A stretch of DNA of 63,039 bases, counting the filler, from Octopus bimaculoides (Eukaryota), in the NCBI RefSeq assembly GCF_001194135.2. It is 5 parts of 5 records of this genome, joined end to end, with 100 filler letters (N's around TTAATTAATTAA, not from the genome) between each part and the next. Parts side by side here need not be neighbours in the genome. Positions count along the whole stretch, not along the records: positions 1 to 22,266 come from NC_068988.1; positions 22,367 to 42,758 come from NC_068983.1; 3 more parts are not named here. One strand, 5' to 3'. The notes under the pieces are model-generated. The model was not told the DNA's origin. It made no database searches and saw only the letters and a program-made list of their open reading frames with translations. Shown here in pieces: positions 12,803 to 25,617 of the stretch (positions are counted from its first letter, which is position 1; every line of letters starts with the position of its first letter). A program made the translations under genes and the position numbers.

Positions 12803-14240
12803 GACTAACCTTTCTCTATTTCTTTCTTTTTTCCTTCCTTCTTTCTTCTTTGTTTCTTTCTCTCTTCCTTCCTCTTCCTTCGTCTTTCTTTCTATCTTCC
12901 TTCCTCTTCCTTCTTCTTTCTTTCTATCTTTCTATCTTTCTTTCATTCTTTCTTTCTTCGACTAACCTTTCACCGTTTCTTTCTTTTTTCCTTCCTTCTT
13001 TCTTCTTTCTTTCTATCTTCCTTCCTCTTCCTTCTTCTTTCTTTCTATCTTTCTTCCTTCCTTCCTTCTTTCTATCTTTCTTCCTTCCTTCTTTCTATCT
13101 TTCTTCCTTCCTCTTTTCCTTCCTTCCTTCCTTCCTTCCTTCCTCCTCTTCCTTCCTTCCTTCTTTCCTTCTATCTCTCTTCCTTCTTTTCTTTCTTCCT
13201 TCCTTCTTTCGTTCTATCTTTCTTCCTTCCTCTCTTTCTTCCTTCCTTCTTTCTTTCTATCTTTCTTCCTTCCTCTCTTTCTTCCTTCCTTCTTTCTTTC
13301 TATCTTTCTTCCTTCCCCTCTTTCTTCCTTCCTTCCTTCCTTCTTTCCTTCCTTCTTTCCTTCCTTCTTTCTTTCTATCTTCCTTCCTTCCTTCCTTCTT
13401 TCTTTCTTCCTCTCTTCCTCTCTTCCTTCCTTCCTTCTTTCCTTCCTTCCTTCTTTCCTTCCTTCCTCTCTTCCTTCCTTCCTTCCTTCCTTCCTTCCTT
13501 CTTTCTTTCTATCTTCCTTCTTTCCTTCTTCCCTGCCTTCCTTCCTTCCTTCCTTCTTTCTTCCTCTCTTCCTTCTTTCCTTCCTTCCTCTCTTCCTTCC
13601 TTCCTTCCTTCCTTCTTTCTTTCTATCTTCCTTCTTTCCTTCTTTCTTTCTATCTTCCTTCCTTCCTTCCTTCTTTCCTTCCTTCCTGCCTTCCTTCCTC
13701 TCTCTCTTCCTTCCTTCCTTCCTTCCTTCATTCCTTCCTTCTTTCCTTCCTCTCTCTCTCTCTCTTCTTTCCTTCCTTCTTTCTTTCTATCTTTCTTCCT
13801 TCTTTCTTTCCTTCCTTCCTTCCTTCCTCTCTTCCTTCCTTCTTTCCTTCCTTCCTTCTTTCTTTCTATCTTCCTTCCTTCCTTCCTTCTTTCCTTCCTT
13901 CCTGCCTTCCTTCCTCTCTCTCTTCCTTCCTTCCTTCCTTCCTTCATTCCTTCCTTCTTTCCTTCCTCTCTCTCTCTCTCTTCTTTCCTTCCTTCTTTCT
14001 TTCTATCTTTCTTCCTTCTTTCTTTCTTTCTATCTTTCTTCCTTCCTCTTCCTTCTTTCTTTCTATCTTTCTTCCTTCCTTCTTTTCTTTCTTTCTTTCT
14101 TCCTTCCTTCCTTCCTTCTTTCCTTCCTCTCTCTCTCTTCCTTCCTTCCTTCTTTCCTTCCTTCCTTCTTTCCTTCCTTCCTTCTTTCCTTCCTCTCTCT
14201 CTCTCTTCCTTCTTTTACATTCTCCTCTTTCTATCTCTTT
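12430..14240. repeat. About 1.8-kb polypyrimidine (CTTT/CCTT/CTAT) low-complexity tract
   Basis: The plus strand is almost entirely C/T. Internal block duplications are visible (about 13670-13790 vs 13890-14010). Confidence 0.95.
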
Positions 14241-14745
14241 CTCCATCCACCTATCATTCATTTATATGATATTTCATTGAGAAAAAGGACCACAAAACAT
14301 AGCGATTGCAGCATCCAAATGTAGTCTAGACAGGATAGACCCAACGACAGACACACAGACTGACAGGCACACAGTAGAATTTCAGCATTATTTTTTTTGT
14401 TTTTTGTTGCTTTTTTTTTCAGATTTTAAAATGCGCCTGAAGGGAGTTGTTACTTACTAATTGCTTTGATAATCTCAGCGGGACGTAATTTCTTAACCTA
14501 CACTGTAACAGATATGAGTGAGACCCTACTTAATTGAAATGAAAGAAGGGGAATAATGGATTGAGATGCATAAGTAGACGGCGCGCGTGCACACACACAC
14601 ACATCGTACATAATGTGTGTGTATGTGTGTCTGAGTGTGTGTCCGTGTTTGTGAGTGAGTATGTGAGTGTGTGCGAGTGTGCGTGCGCGCCTGCATGTGT
14701 TTGTGTATAAAACAAGAGCCGAAGCATTTAAGAATTCCGACAGAG

Positions 14746-14784
<39 letters not shown>

Positions 14785-14870
14785 TACATACACATATATA
14801 TGTGTATATATATATATAGAGAGAGAGAGAGAGGGGGGGGAGATGCAGAGAGAGAAAGATAGAGAGAGAA

Positions 14871-14931
<61 letters not shown>

Positions 14932-14995
14932 GGCAGATAGATGGACAGAAAGGTGCCAAGGGCTTAAACAGCGGAATAAACAGCGTGCTTTGCAG

Positions 14996-15129
14996 ATCTA
15001 ACGAAATATGTGGTATCACAATGGACGTTGACTCAGCAGCAGAGCAATGCACTGAAACCTTATGATCTTAGGGTTCCGGGCTCGAATCCTCTGATGGAGA
15101 ATTTGGACCTTTCATCTCGAAGAAAATGA
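14996..15129 (+). CDS. Candidate or decayed exon (phase 1: DLTKYVVSQWTLTQQQSNALKPYDLR...RRK*), paralogous to 18998
   Basis: Acceptor gtgctttgcag. The first 15 codons align without gaps to 18998-19077. There is no strong donor. Confidence 0.3.
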
Positions 15130-15279
15130 TAAAGTAAAAATAGAAGTAAAAATAACTGAACTTGCGTTAGGTGGGTTGGAGTTGGATGAAGGGCATATCG
15201 ATTCATTTGACAAAATGCTGAAGTTAAAAAGAGAGAAGCAATGTGTATATGAACTATTTGTCAATGTGACATTGAAAGA

Positions 15280-15535
15280 AAGTACCCAATCCCCACACGG
15301 TATTTTGGCTGAATATTTAGATTAGCTGGTAACATACCTCGCGGTTCTTGTTCAGACACTCTGAGTTCAAATCCTGCAGAAGTTAGTTCTATCTTTTTAT
15401 CTTCTCGGAGGTCGATAAAAAAAAATCGTACCAATCCAGAAGGGTAGAAATTATTGTCAAAATTATTGACCAAATGTAAGAAAATTTGAGCGGATGCTTC
15501 CGACTATTTAGGTTCTGAGTTCAAAACCCGCTGTA
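15280..15535 (+). mobile_element. Degenerate SINE family C fragments
   Basis: The motif ctgagttcaaa(t/a)cc occurs twice and is shared with 51837-52070. Confidence 0.55.
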
Positions 15536-15564
15536 ACCTAATGGGTTGATACACTTAACCCGTT

Positions 15565-15923
15565 GTGGAGGCGCAATGGTCCAGTGGTTAGGGCAGTGGA
15601 CTCGCGGTCATAGGATCGCGGTTTCGATTCCCAAACCGGGCGTTGTGAGTGTTTATTGACCGAAAACACCTAAAGCTCCACGAGGCTCCGGTAGGGGAGT
15701 GGTGGTAAACCCTGCTGTACTCTTTCGCCACAACTTTCTCTCACTGTTACTTCCTGTTTTCTGTTGTGCCTGTTTCACGTTGAATATTCCCGAGAACTAC
15801 GTTAAGGGTACACGTGTCTGTGGAGTGCTCAGCCACTAGCACGTTAATTTCACGAGCAGGTTGTTCTGTTGATCGGATCAACTGGAACCCTCGGCGTCGC
15901 AAGCGACGGAGTGTCAACAAACA
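15565..15923 (+). mobile_element. SINE family B (tRNA-derived, resembles octopus OR-type SINEs), near full-length with TSD
   Basis: A box tggtccagtgg and B box gtttcgattcc. The 14-bp TSD acacttaacccgtt lies at 15551-15564 and 15924-15937. Confidence 0.95.
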
Positions 15924-15975
15924 ACACTTAACCCGTTACCCGTATTATCATCCGACATTTTCGGATCCTCCAGAA

Positions 15976-16320
15976 CAGTGGTTCTCAACCTGGGTCCACA
16001 TGACCCCTTCGTTTTAATATTAGCATTTTGGGTGTCCACGCTAGAAAAATAGTAATTTGAGGGATCCACAGTTGTGTTTAAAGTGTCCGTGTAAAGTTTT
16101 GATATGAATGTATGTATTGCAAGAATCTGTTAGGTTTCTTTCTTTAATGTTTTGCATAGTTCAGTCGACGGTAGTTAATGTGCGAATAACAAAATAGAAA
16201 TTTTGAAAAAAAATTATCATTAAAACTAATTTTTAAACATCGAATGGTTATCGGGGACCGCCAGAATAAAATAGAAATCAAAGGGGTCCAGAGAGAAAAA
16301 TAAATGGTTGAGACCCACTA
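15976..16320. mobile_element. hAT-like MITE
   Basis: Imperfect TIRs cagtggttctcaacc ... ggttgagacccacta, with internal ggggtcc/gacccc subterminal motifs. No clear 8-bp TSD. Confidence 0.65.
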
Positions 16321-16344
16321 CCACCACCACCACCACCACCACCT

Positions 16345-16510
16345 GACAACTGGTATTAATGTATTTACCTCTCCGTAACATGGCTGTTTCGGCAAAAGCG
16401 ACCGACAGAATGATTTTTAAAATAAGTACTAGGGTCAGGGCCCTCGACTTAAACCTCTTCAAGACGGTGTCCTTGCATGGCTGCAATCCAATGACTAAAG
16501 CAAGTAAAAG
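16345..16510 (+). mobile_element. Diverged SINE family A 3' fragment
   Basis: ttcggcaaaag...aataagtactagg...gcatggctgcaatccaatgactaaagcaagtaaaag. Confidence 0.7.
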
Positions 16511-16579
16511 CTACTCAAGACACACACACACACACACACACACACGCATATATATATATATGCTAGATATTTATACAAT

Positions 16580-16951
16580 TGTTGGCACTCCGTCGCTTAC
16601 GACGTCGAGGGTTCCAGTTGATCCAATCAACGGAACAGCCTGCTCGTGAAATTAACGTGCAAGTGGCTGAGCACTCCACAGACACGTGTACCCTTAACGC
16701 AGTTCTCGGGGATATTCAGCGTGACACGGCTGACCCTTTGAATTACAGGCACAGCAGAAACAGGAAGTAAGAGTGAGAGAAAGCTGTGGTGAAAGAGTAC
16801 AGCAGGGTTCGCCACCATCCCCTGCCGGAGCCTTGTGGAGCTTTTGGTGTTTTCGCTCAATAAACATTCACAACGCCCAGTCTGGGAATCGAAACCGCGA
16901 TCCTATGACCGCGAGTCCGCTGCCCTAACCACTGGGCCATTGCGCCTCCAC
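16580..16951 (-). mobile_element. SINE family B, full-length
   Basis: Reverse complement of 15565-15923. Probable TSD tttatacaat at 16570-16579 and 16954-16963. Confidence 0.95.
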
Positions 16952-17810
16952 TCTTTATACAATATATTTTATTGAACACGGAGTGTTGTAGGGTTCATAA
17001 TAACCACGTATGTCTTCTCAGTTTCATTCTCTTATCATAGAGGAACTGCAACTCCACCATCTGCTGCTACTTGAATGATCTACGTTGCTTAATAAAAAAT
17101 TCATAACCACATTTGGATTATATTTGCTGCAGTTCTCGTACATGAAATATTAAAAACGACATGTTAGTTCCTTTCTGAGAAGGTACGGAAGCCATTGCAT
17201 AATACAAGTAGAAAGGGTGTATGATAACACTTTTGTAGAAGAGCCAGAGGCCAAATATCAAAAGTGAAACTTTGAAGTCGTGTTGTCATCATGACTTGCC
17301 AACTCCTAACTTCTGAATTTACGGCAACCGACACACTGGCTTTTTTATGAAAGACATTAGTAGTGAATCAACATAAAGGATTGAACAAGTTCATACTGAT
17401 AGTTCTTTTAATCTACCAAATAGGCAAAGTGGGCTCAAGCGCAAATTCAGTTGACAATATTGAATATATTATACACGTTCTAAGCTAGGAACTTGAACAT
17501 CCCAATATTTCACAACCTACATGCATATACATGCATATGCACAGCAAATTCCGTACATGCATATACACAACAATCGTAATGATTATGTATGTAATAACAA
17601 ACACACGCGCACACACAGACGAAAACACACACATACACACGCACACACACACATGGGGTTTATGCATATATACATATGCATATATACGTATAATATATAG
17701 GTATAATATATACGTATGCATATATATGAATACATATGCATATATAAGTAACATATAAGCGATATATACATATATATGTGTACAAATATATATTTACATA
17801 TACATCTATA

Positions 17811-17855
<45 letters not shown>

Positions 17856-18997
17856 ATATATNNNNNNNNNNNNNNNNNNNNNNNNNNNNNNNNNNNNNNN
17901 NNNNNNNNNNNNNNNNNNNNNNNNNNNNNNNNNNNNNNNNNNNNNNNNNNNNNNNNNNNNNNNNNNNNNNNNNNNNNNNNNNNNNNNNNNNNNNNNNNNN
18001 NNNNNNNNNNNNNNNNNNNNNNNNNNNNNNNNNNNNNNNNNNNNNNNNNNNNNNNNNNNNNNNNNNNNNNNNNNNNNNNNNNNNNNNNNNNNNNNNNNNN
18101 NNNNNNNNNNNNNNNNNNNNNNNNNNNNNNNNNNNNNNNNNNNNNNNNNNNNNNNNNNNNNNNNNNNNNNNNNNNNNNNNNNNNNNNNNNNNNNNNNNNN
18201 NNNNNNNNNNNNNNNNNNNNNNNNNNNNNNNNNNNNNNNNNNNNNNNNNNNNNNNNNNNNNNNNNNNNNNNNNNNNNNNNNNNNNNNNNNNNNNNNNNNN
18301 NNNNNNNNNNNNNNNNNNNNNNNNNNNNNNNNNNNNNNNNNNNNNNNNNNNNNNNNNNNNNNNNNNNNNNNNNNNNNNNNNNNNNNNNNNNNNNNNNNNN
18401 NNNNNNNNNNNNNNNNNNNNNNNNNNNNNNNNNNNNNNNNNNNNNNNNNNNNNNNNNNNNNNNNNNNNNNNNNNNNNNNNNNNNNNNNNNNNNNNNNNNN
18501 NNNNNNNNNNNNNNNNNNNNNNNNNNNNNNNNNNNNNNNNNNNNNNNNNNNNNNNNNNNNNNNNNNNNNNNNNNNNNNNNNNNNNNNNNNNNNNNNNNNN
18601 NNNNNNNNNNNNNNNNNNNNNNNNNNNNNNNNNNNNNNNNNNNNNNNNNNNNNNNNNNNNNNNNNNNNNNNNNNNNNNNNNNNNNNNNNNNNNNNNNNNN
18701 NNNNNNNNNNNNNNNNNNNNNNNNNNNNNNNNNNNNNNNNNNNNATATATAAGTGTATAAATGTATATGTATGTATTTGTATATATGTATAATGTATAGA
18801 CATACATTTATACATATACGTACATACATGCATGCATAAATACATAGCTACATGCATACGTACACATACATACATACATACATACATACATGCATACACA
18901 CACACATACATACATACATACATACATACATACATACATACATACATACACACATACACGCAATGAACATAACTCGCAGCCATATTTTGTTTTGCAG

Positions 18998-19077
18998 ATC
19001 TAAAGAGAATCGTGATAATTGACTGGAAGCTGACTCAGCAGTTCTTCACTGGATTTACGATACAGAATAAAGGAGAG
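18998..19077 (+). CDS. Candidate internal exon (phase 1 to 0: DLKRIVIIDWKLTQQFFTGFTIQNKGE), product unknown
   Basis: Strong acceptor attttgttttgcag, donor GAG|gtactt and 80 nt of open frame. Codon-level similarity to 14996. Confidence 0.45.
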
Positions 19078-19375
19078 GTACTTCTTTCGGTTCGTTGAGT
19101 CCGTGATTATGCTGTTTGCATTCCTGATTGAGGCGAAACGTTTCATTCATTAACGACGGTATTCGCCTCCAAGAAAAGCATGACTGTTACACAATTAAAA
19201 GGTTGTACATTCTATAAATTAGTGTCACTTCTCAGGTCAATAGATATGAAAATGTAAATATGTTATGAATTTGTATGTAATTTTTTCTCCATGAGCTCTG
19301 AATGGAAAGACGTTAATCGGTTACGTATAAGCATGCGTACACACGCATACACACAAACACATACACACACACACA

Positions 19376-19456
19376 CTGGGATCGGTATAATCGACTTAAT
19401 CCGTTTGTCTGTCCTTGTTTGTCCCCTCTGTGTGTAGCCCCTTGTGGGTAGTAAAG

Positions 19457-19462
<6 letters not shown>
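19376..19462 (+). mobile_element. SINE family C, 3' fragment
   Basis: actgggatcggtataatcgacttaatccgtttgtctgtcc...gtaaagaaata matches about 51980-52065. Confidence 0.85.
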
Positions 19463-19501
<39 letters not shown>

Positions 19502-19545
19502 GCACAAATCACAAGCGCGCCTGTATACTTATATGAATATATACA

Positions 19546-19919
19546 CTGTTGTTGGAACTCCGTCGCTTACGACGTCAAGGGTTCCAGTTGATCCGATCAA
19601 CGGAACAGCCTGCTCGTGAAATTAACGTGCAAGTGGCTGAGCACTCCACAGACACGTGTACCCTTAACGTAGTTCTCGGGGATATTCAACGTGACACAGT
19701 GTGACAAGACTGGCCCTTTGAATTACAGGCACAAGTAAGAGTGAGAGAAAGTTGTGGTGAAAGAGTACAGCAGGGTACGCTACCATCCCCTGTTGGAGCC
19801 TCGTGGAGCTTTAAGTGTTTTCGCTCAATAAACACTCACAATGCCCGGTCTGGGAATCGAAACCGCGATCCTATGACTGCGAGTCCGCTGTCCTAACCAC
19901 AGGGCCATTGTGCCTCCAC
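19546..19919 (-). mobile_element. SINE family B, full-length with TSD
   Basis: The 14-bp TSD tatgaatatataca lies at 19532-19545 and 19920-19933. Near-identical to 16580-16951. Confidence 0.95.
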
Positions 19920-20294
19920 TATGAATATATACATAAAGCATATATACCATAATGATATCCGTGGGGCAACTGATGATGGCGGTATGTTGGATTGTTGGTA
20001 TGGCTGTTTTTCTATGTGTGGATTAGTACTATTGTATTGTTGGTATGGCTTTGGAATAGAATTATAACACATCCTTTCGATGTGTGTGCGTGCGTGTGTG
20101 TGTGTGCGTGCATGTGTGTGTGCGTGCGTGTGTGTGTGCATTTACATATACAGAAGTAAATAGACACACTATAAACCATTTTTTATGTTTGTTTTAATTT
20201 AAAAAGGTCTATTTTTTATATTGATTGATATTTTTATGTTTCAGATTCTATATGTAACTGTTTAATCATGCCACTTACAAAATAAAACTTGGAA

Positions 20295-20808
20295 ATGTCC
20301 GAATTTCAAAGAGCCCGTATTGTGGGTCAATCTGAAGGTGGACCTTGTCAACGTAAAACCACAGAAAACATTGGGATTCCACTTTCTAGTTAATAGAGTG
20401 AAGTGCAATTCACCAGAGAGAGAGGAAGGAGTCCACATCACTTTGCCCAGGTCGACCAGGACCCTCTGATAAGACCCTTCGATTTGTTAAGAGAAGTGTG
20501 GAAGATAATCCTCTCACATAGCAAAACATGTTGATGTCATTCCCAGAACAGCTGTCGGGTATCTTCACAAACCTGGCTACTATGGCAGAGCTGCAAGAAG
20601 GAAGCCACTTCTTCAACCAGTCAATATAAAGCGGAGAAAAGATTGGGCCAGTGAGATAGTGGAGAGGTCACTAGCATTTTGCGACACTGTCGTTTTTTCT
20701 GATGAGTCTAGATTTGCTGTATCTTCTGACAGTGGTCGAGTGTGGGTCTGGAGACTCTGTGAAAAAGAAATTGATATGAAAAGGTTGCAACCAACAATGA
20801 AACTCACA
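20295..20808 (+). pseudogene. Tc1/mariner transposase remnant
   Basis: [11 protein letters not shown]...GIPLS (HTH region), then GRPGPSDKTLRFVKRSVEDNP, then VVFSDESRFAVSSDSGRVWVWR (first catalytic Asp motif of Tc1 DDE). Frameshifts and stops are present. Confidence 0.9.
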
Positions 20809-20817
20809 GAACATTGG

Positions 20818-20915
20818 TCGTCTCGAGACTATAGTAGAAAACACATGCCCAAGGTGCCACGAAGTGTGACCGAACTTTAAACCACTTGATTGCAAAGCGA
20901 GCCACTTAATCATTC
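20818..20915 (-). mobile_element. Degenerate SINE family A head truncating the Tc1 remnant
   Basis: ctatagtagaaaacacatgcccaaggtgccacg is the reverse complement of the family A head/CORE segment. Confidence 0.75.
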
Positions 20916-22032
20916 AGTTATGCCTACATTCAAATGAACTGAAAACACTATAACATCTTTGCTATTCGTGAGAGGACAAGCACACTTAAACGATTCGAAA
21001 TGTTAGAATTATAAGTGAAGCATTTTTCCGGTGTGATCAATTTTTCACAAACATTATGCTTGAAAGAAGTTGATCTCAGTATTACAACCTAGTGAAAAAC
21101 TCGTAGATATCACTACTTACAGCGCTGAATTGTCCTTATCTTATGGTATTTAAGGTAAAAGATTTAAAATAGCCAAAAGATTTAAATACTGCAGCAATGG
21201 ATGTGGTACAATGACAGTCTCAACAAATGGCCTTCACTTGGTTGTTCGATAGTCTATCGATTCGGCAAACTTTGGTGCAAATCTCAATTTCATGAATAGG
21301 TTAAAAGGGCAAGAAAGAAATTCTCGAATTCATTATTTATATATTATTTTATTAAACTTCGCTCATCTTATTAAAATTGCAACACAGACCGAAACTAAGC
21401 AAGCTTTGTGTGAATAAAATCATGGTGAACATGTGAATAGTAGTGAAATCGAATCATAATTCTGCGATTGTGGGCAGTTGCTGGGGGTTCCAATAGCTTG
21501 GTATTTGTTAAAACAGCAAGTTGAAAATAGCCAGACATTGAATCAATATTTGATGAAAACAAAATTAATAGAACTTTTCCTTCCCTTTTCATTCCCCTCT
21601 CTAAACTCTATCTTTCTCTGTTATTTTGTTGTTTATATTCCGTCGGACAGCCTCTTCATATATATCTAACAAATTACGTCTCTGTCCTTTTATATAGGTC
21701 TATCTCTCAAATTATCGAGTTATTTTCTGAATATTCTTTGTATTATTTCACTCAATCTCTCTCTCACTCTCTCTCTCACTATTTCTTTCTCTCTTTCTTT
21801 CTCTCTAACATTTTCTTGTACCACTTTCTATATCATTCACACTCGTATTCATTATCTGTCACAACATCCTACCCCACATCTTCGTTTCTCTTCTATGTCT
21901 TTCAGTCGTTGCTTCTTCTCAATCATTCATTTATTCCTTCCATTTCCTCAATTACTTGCACTTCTTTTCTAAATCCACTTGTAATTTTATCGTCCCTCAC
22001 CACTTTCTTGCCTTTTTATATATCTAACGTTC

Positions 22033-22096
<64 letters not shown>

Positions 22097-22310
22097 CGAA
22101 CAATTTTCCTCCAAATTTCGCTTGATTCTCTGTAAACAATGTTTGATCCATTAAACTGCCCCCTTTCAAAATCACTTGCCATCACCACCCACATCACATC
22201 ACATTTCTTCCTCTGCCATATTTCTACTATTTCAGATTTTTTTTTTCTTTATCTCCTTAAACCCAANNNNNNNNNNNNNNNNNNNNNNNNNNNNNNNNNN
22301 NNNNNNNNNN

Positions 22311-22322
22311 TTAATTAATTAA
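22311..22322. other. Artificial scaffold pad TTAATTAATTAA (also at about 42803, 49238 and 53404)
   Basis: An identical 12-mer with stops in all six frames, always flanked by N runs on both sides. Confidence 0.9.
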
Positions 22323-22468
22323 NNNNNNNNNNNNNNNNNNNNNNNNNNNNNNNNNNNNNNNNNNNNCTTCGCAACAAAATTATTAAAAAATTCCAACAAA
22401 ATGTGGACAGTAAAAGGTCAAATAAACGTTTACCTTCGCAGCCGATGTGACAGCACGTCCGTGAGAAG

Positions 22469-22561
<93 letters not shown>

Positions 22562-23237
22562 TCGCTATATAGTCACATATAAACTCAGAAATGTATTCAT
22601 ACATAGATACACAAAAATCACACGCATATATGTGTGTACATGTATGTATTTATAAGTGCGTGTGTACATATCGGAATACAGACATAATTGCATTTATCAT
22701 ACACAAGCGCACAACCGTACACACATAATTATCTATATCATATGCATTCACGGAGATATCTATACACATACACTAATACGCATAATTACCAATATCATAC
22801 ACATATAGAAGGTGTTAGTATAAACATACACACACAAAATTACATGCTCATGAGTAACAAACTCTCAAACCCACGCACTTACACATATACATATGCGTTA
22901 TCACCGAGAGACTCATATAGAAAAAAATATTACATACCCAGACACACAAACTATGCTCATACCTACGCACACACAAACAAGCTCCAGAATAACACACGTA
23001 TTATACACACAGCTGTAGAAGCTCAAACGTCCATAAACAAAGATTTAGAGCCTAATACACTTATACACCAATTGATCATGGCCAAAATAGCGTCAGATTA
23101 AACAGAATTACAGATGGGATAAACGGTAAAATGAAAGACTTAAACGACAGACAACTAAAGGGAATGCAATCATGTAGTGTATATAAAAGAACATAGAACA
23201 GAGGGTAGAGATAAAGACTATGAGAGGGGGAGAGAGA

Positions 23238-23329
<92 letters not shown>

Positions 23330-23689
23330 ATTGAAATGGTAAGACTGGAATAGAACAATTCACTTTAAGTCAAATAGAAAAATATGATTCTGAAAAATAA
23401 AGAACGATAGTGATAGAGGAAGAGAGAATGAAACTAGAGCGAGGAAGGAGGGACAGAGAATGAAACAGCTAAACTAAAGCTGATGTTCAGAAAAAGATAG
23501 TTTCATTCCTCAGTTGCTTCAATTTCATTACCGTTATATTGCCAATACTCTTGGAAAAAGGATGAAAGCCATAGCCTTTTTATCTTTTACTTGCTTTAGT
23601 TATTGAACTGCGGCCATGGTGGGATATTCCCATGTAGGTCTCATAAGACTTTCGGCAGAATAATGAAAAGCTATGGGCCTTTGAATTCT

Positions 23690-24050
23690 AAGCTATTGCA
23701 GCGAAGATGGGAACTTTGACACTGTTTAGTGGTCTCTCTTGTTCGGGAATTACCACATCTTTCAATGCCAAAGTTTTGACGGAAGTCCTTCCATGATCTT
23801 CCAGACGTATATTATTGTGTATCTTTCACGTCTTCGCTCTAGGAAGTAGAGCTTTAACTTTTTCAATATTTCCCAGTAGCTGACCTGTTGCATTGAGACA
23901 ATCTTCCTCGTGTAGCACATTGCTTCAAGTTTCGTTATTAATTTTGGATGGCTGAGGACAAACATCCAACTGAGGACCATCATGGTTTCTTGTCCTTTTC
24001 TTCTCAAAGTTCTTAGTATTCATCCCACTAGCATCTACATATCATTGCCA
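23690..24050 (-). mobile_element. CR1/L2-group LINE, C-terminal RT-region remnant
   Basis: The minus-strand ORF contains SYWEILKKLKLYFLERRRERYTIIYVWKIMEGL, matching the Y.ERL..L.L.SLE.RR motif downstream of RT in CR1-like elements. Confidence 0.85.
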
Positions 24051-25284
24051 TCTTAGTAAATATGCACGTGAAAAGATGCATCATTATTCATATTAATGCC
24101 CAGGTCACGTATTGATTATTCTATATGTGTGTATACATATGTGTGTGTTTGTGTGTGTTTTTGTGTGTATGTGCGTATATGTGTTGGTGTGTATGTGTGT
24201 GTTCTGTATGCATGCTTGTATATGTGTGTGTGTTTATATAAATATATGTGTGTATGATTGATAACACCCATAATTCATATACTAAAGTGGAGGTAAATAC
24301 TCTAAAATCGATATTAAGCATTACTAAGAATTTATGTATAAAAAGTATAAATCTACTTAATTCAGCTTGCGTAAACCCAAGATAAACGTCACGTGACTTA
24401 CTTGACTGACATTCGTATACTATTTTCAAAGCATGGAATGACAAACGAAAAAAATATACTGCATATCTACAATGCATCCTGGAATTGGTTTTAAAATATA
24501 TTTTCGCTGCCGTATATGCGGGTTTTGATGCAATAGATCAAAGAACATTTGTAACTTCTATATGATTGCACCTAAACATTTTTTTTTTCAGATATTCTTC
24601 GGTATAATTTTTTAAATACGAATTTCAGAATATTCATGTTTGCTGTTATTTGAGAGTGATTGTTCATTAGAAGAATAATGACCGCAAGCTTGATAAAAAG
24701 AACTCTATATAGAATAAGTTAAACTTAACTGGAATTTATGATGTCAAATGTACACTCTGCAGAACTACTTGGAACATTGGCTATTTGCTTGTGTTCTTTA
24801 AAGCACGAAGCAAACGGCCGGGTTTGAACTTAGTTAAGATGTCTTTCTATTATTTGGTGTAAGTTTAGTGCAGCGTGAACTAGTAGTTATAAAAATGAAA
24901 GGAAGAGAGACAGATACAGAGAGAGAGTTGAGGAGAAAATGCAAAACGAAATAATTTGCTGACCTGAAGATAAAACTATTAAGACTGATTACCTTTACAA
25001 GTAAGAACTAGAGCAGTATTTCTAGAGGTGTTTCTGTAAGATATTAGACGAGTTACGAAGTTTCTGTTGATTTTTAAACAGCGCTTGTATATAAATAAAT
25101 ATACATGCAGATACGTACGCAGACGCACATATGAGCGTACGTTCACACATACACATATGCAAACAAAATCACATGAGCGCGCAAACACATAGATACACAC
25201 AAGTAGACATATGTGCAGAAATAACGTACACACACATACACACATATATATATATATATGTGTATATATGTGTGTGTGTATATA

Positions 25285-25323
<39 letters not shown>

Positions 25324-25617
25324 NNNNNNNNNNNNNNNNNNNNNNNNNNNNNNNNNNNNNNNNNNNNNNNNNNNNNNNNNNNNNNNNNNNNNNNNNNNNN
25401 NNNNNNNNNNNNNNNNNNNNNNNNNNNNNNNNNNNNNNNNNNNNNNNNNNNNNNNNNNNNNNNNNNNNNNNNNNNNNNNNNNNNNNNNNNNNNNNNNNNN
25501 NNNNNNNNNNNNNNNNNNNNNNNNNNNNNNNNNNNNNNNNNNNNNNNNNNNNNNNNNNNNNNNNNNNNNNNNNNNNNNNNNNNNNNNNNNNNNNNNNNNN
25601 TGTACAGGAATTATATA

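Noticed and set aside
12850-14280. 476-aa F/L/P/S ORF and antisense K/E/G/R ORFs
   Set aside because: They are by-products of a stop-free CTTT/CCTT tract.
15027-15096. tRNA-like fragment (tgactcagcagcagagca...gggctcgaatcc)
   Set aside because: The boxes are degenerate and I could not build a convincing cloverleaf, so I did not call a tRNA gene. It remains an alternative explanation for the 3' part of the 14996 exon candidate.
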